Of a DNA stretch of 64,000 bases, positions 21,493-31,442 are shown piece after piece (position 1 is the first letter of the stretch; the number at the start of each line of letters is the position of its first letter). Origin of the DNA: Lentisphaeria bacterium (GTDB taxonomy: Bacteria; Verrucomicrobiota; Lentisphaeria; JABSQK01; JAWLHB01); the NCBI GenBank assembly GCA_041690595.1, contig JAWLHB010000013.1:1-64000 (forward strand), read 5' to 3'. The position numbers and the translations under genes were made by a program. A model generated the notes under the pieces. The model saw only the letters and a program-made list of their open reading frames with translations, made no database searches and had not been told where the DNA came from.

Positions 21493-22497
21493 TCAGGGAA
21501 GGGCCGGGCTCCATAGATAGAAGAAGCCTGTTCGCGTCTCCGGCACCAGTGCGCCAAGATCCACATGCAGACCGCCCAACAACTGTTGCCGCCCCCTGGC
21601 AGCCGAACCGGAATAGATATTGGTGTCATCGCCACCGCCATATACATAGGCCACCACCTTCGCTTTTTCCACCCCGGCCGCGCTCTTCACCAGCGTCAGC
21701 ACCTCCGGCAGGTATGCAACACCATCCACCAGCCTATGGTCGACAGCCTGCGGAGCCGTGAAGACGCGCCCATCCGCCAGCCCGCGCAGCGCCTCCGCCT
21801 CGATGCCAGGCCGGGATTCCGCCACCACCGCAAGAAACTGTTCGTACAGGGTATTCACGATCTGCTGCACCACGGCCGCCTCTTCCGGCGACATCTCCTG
21901 GAGCACGCTCCCCATGTCCTTCATGTCACCCGACTTGAAGACCCGCTGGTCGTAACCGATCTTGTCCGCCATCGCCCTCAATTTCGGAAAGACGGCAATG
22001 ACGCCGATGCTCCCCGTCACGGTCGTCGGGTGCACAAAGATACGGTCCGCCGCGCAGGCGATATAGTAACCGCCCGACGCGCCCAGCCCCAGTATCGAGG
22101 CGTACACCGGAATCCCCGTGCGCTCCTTGAAGGCCGAAATCTCGTGGTGAATCACGTCCGAAGCCGTCACATCACCCCCTGGCGAATCGATCCGCAGAAC
22201 GACCGCCTTGATCTCCTTGTCTCTCTCCGCGAGAGCCAATTCCGCCTTGACCCCCTCAGGCGTACACCTCGTGACCACGCTGAAGGGACCTTCAGCCTCC
22301 CCCGACATGATAACGCCACGTATATCCAGCAGCAGGATCTTGTTGCGTGTGCGCGCCGGCTCCACCACCCGCTCCTTCAGACTCGGCGTCAGCAGCGACT
22401 TGATGTCGATCGACATGCAGCCGGTGCCCACCAGGGCCAGCAACCCCAGGCACAACATCACCCTGGCGCCGGATCGGATCTGGTAAGAGAAATGCAT
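21493..22497 (-). CDS. sppA: Signal peptide peptidase SppA (S49), probable lipoprotein
   Basis: LRIDSPGG, GASGGYYIA, TGSIGV, KSGDMKD, DGRVFT; lipobox-like VGTGC. Confidence 0.92.
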   Translation of the reverse strand: MHFSYQIRSGARVMLCLGLLALVGTGCMSIDIKSLLTPSLKERVVEPARTRNKILLLDIRGVIMSGEAEGPFSVVTRCTPEGVKAELALAERDKEIKAVVLRIDSPGGDVTASDVIHHEISAFKERTGIPVYASILGLGASGGYYIACAADRIFVHPTTVTGSIGVIAVFPKLRAMADKIGYDQRVFKSGDMKDMGSVLQEMSPEEAAVVQQIVNTLYEQFLAVVAESRPGIEAEALRGLADGRVFTAPQAVDHRLVDGVAYLPEVLTLVKSAAGVEKAKVVAYVYGGGDDTNIYSGSAARGRQQLLGGLHVDLGALVPETRTGFFYLWSPALP

Positions 22498-22502
22498 GGG
22501 CC

Positions 22503-23909
22503 TCACAAGTGGATGGGACGGTTGGCGGTGGCCATCAGCGCGGCTTCCTTGAACGGCTCCGCGAAAGTCGGGTGCGCATGGACGATGCGCGCGATGTCCT
22601 CCGCGGAAGCGCAGAACTCCATGGCGACAACCGCCTCGGCAATCAAATCCGAGCAACGGGGGCCGATCATGTGTACCCCCAGAATCCGGTCGTCAGCCTC
22701 CGCGGCAAGCACCTTCACAAAGCCTTCCGTCTCTTCCGCGGCACGCGCCCGTCCGCTCGCCTTGAAGGGGAATTTCCCGATCTTGTACGCCGTCCCTTCT
22801 GCCTTCAGCTCTTCTTCGCTCTTGCCGACGGAGGCCACCTCCGGCCACGTATAGATTACGCCGGGTATCGTCTCGTAGTTCACGTGTGGCTGCTGCTTGT
22901 CGATCCGTTCACAGACGGCCACGGCTTCCTCTTCCGCCTTGTGCGCCAGCATCGGCCCACGCCGAATCACGTCGCCGATCGCCCATACACGTGGATTGGA
23001 GGTGCGAAGACGATCGTCGACCTCAATGAAGCCCCGCCCGTCGACAACCACGCCAGCCGCCTCCAGCTTGAGCCCCGTCGTCAACGGCTTGCGCCCCACG
23101 GCCACCAGCACACAATCCGCGGCCAGCGTCGACGCCGTTACCTTCGCCCCTTCCGTGTGCACCTGCACTCCTTCTTCACTGCTCTCGATACCTGTCACCT
23201 TCGTTGACAGGTGAAAGCTCATCCCCTGCTTCTTCAGCACCTTCAGCAGGGTCGCCGACAGCTCCTTGTCCATCAGCGGCACGATCGAGTCGAGCAACTC
23301 CACCACGTGTACGTCACAGCCAAGCCGCGCATAGACACTGCCCATCTCCAGCCCGATATACCCTCCGCCGATCACCACCAGCCGCTTCGGCACCTCCGTC
23401 AAGGCCAGCGCCCCGGTCGACGACAGGATACGCTGCTCATCGAAAGGCGCGAAAGGCAGCGCCACAGGCTCCGAACCCGTTGCCAGAATGATATGATCCG
23501 CCGTTACCAGCTCCGTGCCGCTGTCACCAGTCACCTCGATCGTCTCGCCGTCGACAAAGCTACCGTGCCCGATCAGATGCTCGATCTTGTGCTTCTTGAA
23601 GAGGTAGCGAATCCCCTCCACCGTCTGTGCCACCACCTTCTCCCGTCGTGCCTGCATGACATCGAAACGCAAGGTCACCCCCTCCACATCGATGCCGTGC
23701 ACCGCAAGCTCATGCTTCGTCCGGTAGTAATGCTCACTCGACTCGAGCAGCGCCTTGGACGGGATGCAGCCCACGTTCAGGCACGTCCCACCCAGCTCCT
23801 TCCGCTTCTCGACTACCGCCACCGTATAACCCAGTTGAGCCGCGCGTATCGCGGCCACATAGCCTCCAGGCCCTGCTCCGACGACGATCACATTGTATGC
23901 CTTGGCCAT
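22503..23909 (-). CDS. lpdA: Dihydrolipoyl dehydrogenase
   Basis: GAGPGGY, GGTCLNVGCIPSK, GGGYIGLE, HAHPTFAE. Confidence 0.97.
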   Translation of the reverse strand: MAKAYNVIVVGAGPGGYVAAIRAAQLGYTVAVVEKRKELGGTCLNVGCIPSKALLESSEHYYRTKHELAVHGIDVEGVTLRFDVMQARREKVVAQTVEGIRYLFKKHKIEHLIGHGSFVDGETIEVTGDSGTELVTADHIILATGSEPVALPFAPFDEQRILSSTGALALTEVPKRLVVIGGGYIGLEMGSVYARLGCDVHVVELLDSIVPLMDKELSATLLKVLKKQGMSFHLSTKVTGIESSEEGVQVHTEGAKVTASTLAADCVLVAVGRKPLTTGLKLEAAGVVVDGRGFIEVDDRLRTSNPRVWAIGDVIRRGPMLAHKAEEEAVAVCERIDKQQPHVNYETIPGVIYTWPEVASVGKSEEELKAEGTAYKIGKFPFKASGRARAAEETEGFVKVLAAEADDRILGVHMIGPRCSDLIAEAVVAMEFCASAEDIARIVHAHPTFAEPFKEAALMATANRPIHL

Positions 23910-24032
23910 TTGCTATCCTTTACGCCTGAATGAAAGAAAAATGAATTGCCCATACTGTAGCACGCTTGCCTCACGTTGGGAAGCTCCGTGGACCTCTCCC
24001 CGACCAACCGCCCTGCGCCTCGCCACCAACCC

Positions 24033-24860
24033 AAAACCTCGGTCCAAGGTGTGCCCTGCCGCATGCCTGCCGTATTCGTCCCGCGAAAACCTCGGTCCCC
24101 CAGCATAAAACCTCGGTCCAATCCTCGGTGTGCCTGCCGCACGCCTGCCGTGTTCGTCCCGCGAAAACCTCGGTCCCCCAGCATAAAACCTCGGTCCAAT
24201 CCTCGGTGTGCCTGCCGCATCCCTGCCGTGCGCGTCACCCCAAAACCTCGGTCCAATCCTCGGTGCCTGCCTGCCGTGTGCGTCCCCCAAAAACCTCGGT
24301 CGAATCCTCGGTGTGCCTGCCGCATCCCTGCCGTGTGCGACCTTCTGTGTCCCTCGCGAAACCTCGGTACCCCCACCACCCAAAACCTCGGTCCAATCCT
24401 CGGTGTACCTTCCACATGCCCGCCGTGTGCGTCCGTGTGCGTCCCAGCACAAAACCTCGGTCCCCCCACCCCAAAAACCTCGGTCCAATCCTCGGTGTAC
24501 CATCCACATGCCTGCCGTGTTCGTCGGTGTGCGTCCCAGCACAAAACCTCGGTCCCCCAGCCGCAAAACCTCGGTCCAATCCTCGGTGTACCTGCCACAT
24601 GCCTGCCGTGTGCGTCCGTGTGCGTGTCCGTGTGCATGCCTCGCAAGACCTCGGTCCCCCGGCGCCAAAACCTCGGTCCAATCCTCGGTGTCCGTGTTCG
24701 TCCGTGTTCGTCCGTGTTCGTCCGTGTGCGCCCCCCCGAAAAACCTCGGTCAAAACCTCGGTTCCCATACTTCCCACAGCAAGTCCCTGATGCACCCCTC
24801 GAAAACCTCGGCCCACAGCTCCCCCCCCGTGACACTCACCCGTTTCTCCAAAACCTCGCC
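24033..24860. repeat. Hierarchical degenerate tandem repeat array: ~19 copies of AAAACCTCGG(TCC), 8 copies of ~25-bp AAAACCTCGGTCCAATCCTCGGTG(T), and TCCGTGTTCG x3
   Basis: Long unit starts at about 24107, 24185, 24242, 24290, 24382, 24474, 24565, 24667; intervening sequences share GCCTGCCGTGT(G/T)CGTCC. Confidence 0.95.
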
Positions 24861-24990
24861 AGCACCGCCATGCTGCCAGCATGACCATCTGCTGAAGATA
24901 GCACTAATAACTCCAAAGTCAAGCCTACATCGAAAATTATCCCCAATTCTTACTCCCCTTTGGCATCCATCTCCACATGAACCCAAGTCT

Positions 24991-25161
24991 TCTTCTGTGC
25001 CCTCTTCGTTCTCTTCGTGTACTTCGTAGTGAACTTGTTTGGCTTTCGCAACCCTTTAGCCTATAACAGTTCATCCTCCCTGCGCCCATCCCAAACCTCC
25101 TCCTCAGTGCCCTCTGAGCCCTCTGTGGCAAACACTCCCCCCGCGCCTCCGCGCCTTCGCC
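24991..25161. repeat. Short-period pyrimidine-rich repeats (CTTCGT x3; CTCAGTGCC-CTCTGAGCC-CTCTGTGGC; CCGCGCCT x2)
   Basis: Read directly at ~24991-25033, ~25103-25132 and 25141-25161. Confidence 0.65.
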
Positions 25162-25242
25162 AGCGATTCGCTCAGATAGTGGCAATGGCGCGAGATGAAC
25201 GTTCTATTACTCCGCTTTATCACCAATCCGAGGAGAGAGATC

Positions 25243-28200
25243 ATGAGAGCCCTATCAACAATCATACTTGTCACAATATCCATCCTTGGCGCCGTGGTCG
25301 CGGCGGAGCCCCTGCTCGAGTTGAAGGAAACCTTCGGCGTCTCCCATCCCGACCAGCTTCTCTTCTTCGCTCCCGCTCGCCAGGTCGACCCGAACCATCA
25401 TTCCCTGCTCGATGCCGATGGCCGGTCACGCCCCTTCCAGCTGCTGAGCGACGGGCGGATTGCCGTGCGAACCGATCTGCCCGCGGGAGCCCACCGGCTC
25501 TGGCAGCTCGACGCAAAGGCCAGCGCCGAGCCCGATCCACAGGTGACGGTCTCCGAAGCGGATGACCATTGGGAGATCGCCAACGAGCTGCTCGCCATCC
25601 GCATCGCCAAGGCACAGCAAACCCTCGACCCAACCCCCGCCCCCATTCAAGGGCTGCGCCTGCGTGACGGTACCTGGACAGCCCTCGGCATGAACACCAT
25701 GCACCGCAACGCCCGCCAGATGCGCACCGAGTTTCTGGAGCGGGGACCACTGCTGGTGCGCCTGCGAGTCGTCTACGAGTACGATCGGGCGGAGCTGCGC
25801 GGCAACTACGAGCCTGTCACCATTCCGGCTGGAATAGGCGACTATTCCTGCACCATCGAGGTACAGGCGGGGCAGCCGTCAATCCTCTTCGAGGAGGAAA
25901 GCACCGTCGACCTCTCCTGGAGCATCCCGATTCACCATGGGCTGACGCCGACCCAGGCGCGTTACCGTGGCCATCACAGCAACTCCGTCGAGGCTGGGCG
26001 CGACGCTGCCGGCAACCAGTACGGCGCCGTCCAGACAGCCGCCGGCATCAACTATAACGGCGCCAGGGGGCAGGATGCCATCGTCGATCTCGACTATGAC
26101 GGCGGCGACAATCACCGCTTCTCCAGAACCCGCTATCCATACCTCTCGCACTGGGATCCGTGGGCCGTTGATACCGGCTACTACTGGATGCTCTTCAATC
26201 CCGACGCGGAGCATGATAACCTGCTTGGCGCATTCGCCGGCCCAGCCTCCCGCCTCATCGGTCCCGGCGTTTCCGGTGTCAGCTTCGATACCCGCACGGC
26301 CGAAGGTGAGCGGTACACGGCCCTGCAGGTCCGCTTCCAGCGCCTCAAGCCGACCCAGTATTACGATGCCCATATTCGTTTCGGCTGGGGACTCTTCCTC
26401 GGCAGGACCAGCGAGGATCTGCAGCCACCCGATGCGGTCCAGTCCATCCAGCGGCAGATGAACCTGCACGCCGGCGTCAACCTCACCACCCTCCTGCCCC
26501 TTCCGGACGACTACCCCGACCCGCCCCAGGGATACGGCAGCGTCTTTGTCGGTGACCATGTCTGGCGGCGCCTGGCCGCCATGCTGCAAGGCGCCCGTGC
26601 GGACAGTAACCCACACTTTGCCAACCACCTCAAGCACGTGGAAACCAGCGCCAGGGACCTCATCGAGTTCTGGGAGCAGCCGACACGCGAGAAGCTCAAC
26701 GGCTTCTATCTGCCGATGACCGAGTACTGGCGAAAGTACCTGGACACCCTGGTCAATGGCGAAGGGATCTATGAACACGCTACCCACTACTTCATGGGCT
26801 GCCTGCAGCACAGTGGCTACTTGCTCAAAGCCGACCAGGCCCTCGCTTCGGGGCTCCTCACGGAAGACGAGAAGCGGCTGCTCAAGCAGCAACTGGCATT
26901 GATCGGCCACCTGCTCTGGGAGAACAATCTGGTCCCCATGCATGCCGAAGCGCGCGTCAATCTCGGCCCCGCCAACATGTCACCGATGTGGCTTGGCACC
27001 CGCTACAAGTACACCGCCCTGCTGGCCAACCATCCCGCATTCACGGAGCGGGTCAAGGCCGTGCGGGACGAGACCGTGATGCTGATCGAACGCAATCTCA
27101 ACGAGGCCGGCAGCTCCAATGCCTGCCCCCACTACACCGGCGCCTCCATGGTACCCGTCCTCGATCTGCTCCAGCAACTGCAAATCGCCGGCGTCTGGGA
27201 CGGCTTCGCCGACATTCCCCGCGTCGCCGCCTTTGGTGAGTACGAACTCAACCTCCTGACCCCGCCCGAAATTCGCTTTGGCGGCCTCCGCAAGATCATT
27301 CCCGTCGGCGACGGCTCCACGGAAGATGCACCGCGCCTGGGGCAGCTCGCCACTGGCCTGGCCCCATCCAACCCCGCCCTCAGTGCCCGCCTCATCCAGG
27401 CCTGGTACGAGATGGGATGCCCCCACAACCAGTTTCACGGCACCTCACTGCTCAAGATCGACGATACGCTGCCCGCCGCCCCGCTGCGCCTTGGCGACGC
27501 GCATCTTCCCGGCGCTTACTCCGTCCTTCGCCATGGCGCCGGAACCCCCGCCGAGACAGCCGTCTGGATGGTCAACGGCGACTGGCACTTCGATCATCGC
27601 CACAACGACAACGGCAACCTCCTGATCTACGCCCTTGGCGCCCCACTCTCCGTCGACTGGGGCCCCATCTACTATCCGCGCGTCGAGGGAGGCATGCTGC
27701 ACAGCATCGTCCTCCCCGAGACCAATCTCCAGGAGCCATGGGATGCCCCCAGTATGCCCGTGAGCGCCGGAACGACCACTGGCGGCGTCCCCTACTGGTC
27801 CAGCACGGAACACCTCCCCTTCGACTCGCGCGACGACCGGGCGTCCATGGGTGCCCGCTTCCACTGGCGTCATGCCAAACAACCGCTCTCCTGGCAGCGG
27901 CTCGTCTCTCTCGAAAAGGGCACCTCCCCCATCATCCGCATCGAGGACAGCTTCGACGGAGAAGGAGCTGCCGGAACCGCCTTCGTCTCCACCCTCCTCC
28001 TGATGGCGGAAGGCCCTGTCGAAACGCCCTTTGGCCCCATCGAACCGGAAGTGCGGCTCTACGACAACCGCGACGTCAAGCACCAGGAGCTGCCCTCCGC
28101 CAGCCCGGGCCGGGAACTCGCCGCCGGACGCCACCGCTTCCGCTTCACCGGCCAGTTCCTCATCGATTTCGACCTCTATGTAGAGGTAAGCGAAGCCGCC

Positions 28201-28383
28201 GCCGTCTCGTTGGGCAACTGGGGACACACCTGGCACCCAAGCCGCGAAGCCCGCCAGTTCCAGAAGGCCACCGGCAAACCCTTTTCCGAAACCCAACACA
28301 TCCTGAGAGTACGTACCAGCGGCCCCTTGCGCTACACCATCGTACCCTACCTCAAAGGACATGAACCCGAGATACAACCATGA
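25243..28383 (+). CDS. Large secreted protein with heparinase II/III-like C-terminal region
   Basis: Signal peptide MRALSTIILVTISILGAVVAA; ACPHY, IIPVGDG, DHRHNDNGNLLIYALGAPLSVDWG. Confidence 0.65.
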   Translation: MRALSTIILVTISILGAVVAAEPLLELKETFGVSHPDQLLFFAPARQVDPNHHSLLDADGRSRPFQLLSDGRIAVRTDLPAGAHRLWQLDAKASAEPDPQVTVSEADDHWEIANELLAIRIAKAQQTLDPTPAPIQGLRLRDGTWTALGMNTMHRNARQMRTEFLERGPLLVRLRVVYEYDRAELRGNYEPVTIPAGIGDYSCTIEVQAGQPSILFEEESTVDLSWSIPIHHGLTPTQARYRGHHSNSVEAGRDAAGNQYGAVQTAAGINYNGARGQDAIVDLDYDGGDNHRFSRTRYPYLSHWDPWAVDTGYYWMLFNPDAEHDNLLGAFAGPASRLIGPGVSGVSFDTRTAEGERYTALQVRFQRLKPTQYYDAHIRFGWGLFLGRTSEDLQPPDAVQSIQRQMNLHAGVNLTTLLPLPDDYPDPPQGYGSVFVGDHVWRRLAAMLQGARADSNPHFANHLKHVETSARDLIEFWEQPTREKLNGFYLPMTEYWRKYLDTLVNGEGIYEHATHYFMGCLQHSGYLLKADQALASGLLTEDEKRLLKQQLALIGHLLWENNLVPMHAEARVNLGPANMSPMWLGTRYKYTALLANHPAFTERVKAVRDETVMLIERNLNEAGSSNACPHYTGASMVPVLDLLQQLQIAGVWDGFADIPRVAAFGEYELNLLTPPEIRFGGLRKIIPVGDGSTEDAPRLGQLATGLAPSNPALSARLIQAWYEMGCPHNQFHGTSLLKIDDTLPAAPLRLGDAHLPGAYSVLRHGAGTPAETAVWMVNGDWHFDHRHNDNGNLLIYALGAPLSVDWGPIYYPRVEGGMLHSIVLPETNLQEPWDAPSMPVSAGTTTGGVPYWSSTEHLPFDSRDDRASMGARFHWRHAKQPLSWQRLVSLEKGTSPIIRIEDSFDGEGAAGTAFVSTLLLMAEGPVETPFGPIEPEVRLYDNRDVKHQELPSASPGRELAAGRHRFRFTGQFLIDFDLYVEVSEAAAVSLGNWGHTWHPSREARQFQKATGKPFSETQHILRVRTSGPLRYTIVPYLKGHEPEIQP

Positions 28384-29192
28384 TTCCCAGTCACACGAAC
28401 CTCACCTTCGGCTCCGGCGGCATCACCGATCCCAACAATCCCGAATGCCTGCAGGTGACCCGCATGGCCATGGAGGCAGGCGTCTGGTTCCATGTCGCGA
28501 ACTACGGCGGCGGCGTCTACCGCGTCCTCAAGCAGGCCTTTGCCGAAGCCCCCACCCTCGTGCCGCGCTGCATCGTCAAGATCGATGGCCAGGGACCAGA
28601 TCTGCTCCGCAACTCCGTGATGGAGGCTCTCCGTGAAACCGGCCTCGCCCGCCTCGATATCGGCCAGGTCTGCGGCAATCCCGTCGATGACAGCTTCGAG
28701 CCGACCCTCGAGGTCATTGCCGAGCTCCAGGAGAAGGGGCTCATCGGCCCCATCATCATGGACGTCATCAAGTCCTATTCCGAAAAGGTGGAGCAGGCCA
28801 TCGACCGCAACCTCTTCGAAGGCTATATCTTCTATTACAACGTCACCGAGCGGCAGCTCTCCCAGCCGGTTCAGGACCGGATCACGGCGCAGCGGATCCC
28901 CGTTTATGCCATGCGTACCTTCGGCGGACGCTGCCCCCAGAACCTCCTCAACGGCGATCCCGATCACCCGCGGCGGCGCGCTCTCGATGCGCTCTTCGAG
29001 GCATCCGGCTGCCTCACTCTCCTCGATTTCTGCGTCCGCTTTCCGCTCAGCCATCCGCATGTGGTGACGACCGTCGGCAGCACCGGCAAAGTCGAGCATC
29101 TGAAGGCGCTTCTGGACGCGATCGATCGCTTCGAACCCCTGCCGCCCTCGGTAGTCGAGGAGATCGACGCCCTGCACGCCGAGTGGGAGTGA
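28380..29192 (+). CDS. Aldo/keto reductase-like protein (divergent)
   Basis: LTFGSG, AMEAGVWFHVA.YG, ELQEKGLIG, YNVTER, FPLSHPHVVTTVGS...EHL; ATGA overlap with upstream gene. Confidence 0.7.
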   Translation: MIPSHTNLTFGSGGITDPNNPECLQVTRMAMEAGVWFHVANYGGGVYRVLKQAFAEAPTLVPRCIVKIDGQGPDLLRNSVMEALRETGLARLDIGQVCGNPVDDSFEPTLEVIAELQEKGLIGPIIMDVIKSYSEKVEQAIDRNLFEGYIFYYNVTERQLSQPVQDRITAQRIPVYAMRTFGGRCPQNLLNGDPDHPRRRALDALFEASGCLTLLDFCVRFPLSHPHVVTTVGSTGKVEHLKALLDAIDRFEPLPPSVVEEIDALHAEWE

Positions 29193-29282
29193 AAAGCCCT
29201 GCCACCAAGCATTCGCAATGCGCCAAATCGCCTGTATGATAGAGGCTTCGGCAAGATCAATCCTCCACCCGGGAGACATCCT

Positions 29283-29678
29283 GTGCCCACCATCTTTACC
29301 AAGATCATCCGCGGCGAGATTCCCTGCTTCAAGCTCGCCGAGAATGACCGCTTCTTCTCCTTCCTCGACATTCGCCCCATCAACCCGGGACACGCTCTCG
29401 TCATTCCCAAACAGGAAGTCGATTACCTCTTCGACCTGGACCCGGAGACGCTTGGCGCGCTGATGCAATTCGCCCAGCCGATCGCCAAGGCCATCGAAAA
29501 CGCCGTCTCCTGCAAGCGCATCGGGCTCCTCGTGGCGGGACTCGAAGTGCCCCACGCCCATGTGCACCTCGTCCCCATCACCGGCGAGGGCGACCTCACC
29601 TTTGCCCGCGCCAAAGCTGCCGACATGACCCAGCTTGCCGAGCTTCACGCCAAAATCACCGCTCTTCTCAACCCCTGA
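29283..29678 (+). CDS. HIT family nucleotide hydrolase
   Basis: TIFTKIIRGEIP, FLDIRPINPGHALVIPK, VPHAHVHLVP (HxHxH). Confidence 0.95.
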   Translation: MPTIFTKIIRGEIPCFKLAENDRFFSFLDIRPINPGHALVIPKQEVDYLFDLDPETLGALMQFAQPIAKAIENAVSCKRIGLLVAGLEVPHAHVHLVPITGEGDLTFARAKAADMTQLAELHAKITALLNP

Positions 29679-29693
29679 AAGGAAACCTCCTTC

Positions 29694-30131
29694 ATGCCCT
29701 CCGTCACCTTGCGAGTTCGTCGACTCACTCCAGATGCCACCGTCCCTTTCATTGCTCATCCCGGCGATGCCGGACTCGATCTCTTTGCCTCCGGCGAAGT
29801 CACCATTCCTTCCGGCGAGACCCGCCTCGTCCCCACCGGCATTGCCATCGAATTGCCCCCCAGAACCGAAGCGCAGGTCCGCCCCCGCAGCGGCCTCGCC
29901 CTCAAGCACCAGCTGACCGTCCTCAACTCACCGGGTACCATCGACGAAGGTTATCGTGGTGAAATAGGCATCATCATGATCAATCACGGCAAGCGCGATT
30001 TCCATGTCGAGAAGGGGATGAAAATCGCCCAGATGGTCGTCAAACCAGTCCTGGATGTCGTTGTAGAGGAAGTACAGGAGCTTTCCGGCACCGTCCGGGG
30101 GGCGGGTGGCTTCGGATCGACCGGCCACTGA
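29694..30131 (+). CDS. dut: dUTP diphosphatase
   Basis: [43 protein letters not shown]. Confidence 0.97.
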   Translation: MPSVTLRVRRLTPDATVPFIAHPGDAGLDLFASGEVTIPSGETRLVPTGIAIELPPRTEAQVRPRSGLALKHQLTVLNSPGTIDEGYRGEIGIIMINHGKRDFHVEKGMKIAQMVVKPVLDVVVEEVQELSGTVRGAGGFGSTGH

Positions 30132-30283
30132 TCCCCAGCCACCATAATTATTTTGAGAACGTGCTTGAAAAGACGGCCAAAATCATAAGATTCTTTCATG
30201 ACGGGGTGGCGGCAACGCCTGATCTCACACTAGGCTCTTAACGAATGGCGCTCTGGCGCCAGGTCGCTGCCTACCTTTGATGA

Positions 30284-31366
<1,083 letters not shown>

Positions 31367-31442
31367 ACAGACCCTGTCGTCGCTTTCTCGCGCCACGGCC
31401 GTCGGCCCGTTACCCCAACGCTGAACTCGATCCTGTCCTCGC

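Noticed and set aside
24033..24860. CRISPR array
   Set aside because: Sequences between the 25-bp repeats resemble each other, vary widely in length (periods 48-102 bp) and contain partial repeats; no cas genes in the window.
23888..25029. Several 200-315 aa ORFs across the repeat array on both strands
   Set aside because: Frames stay open because the repeat lacks stop codons; translations are low-complexity with no domain or clear RBS.
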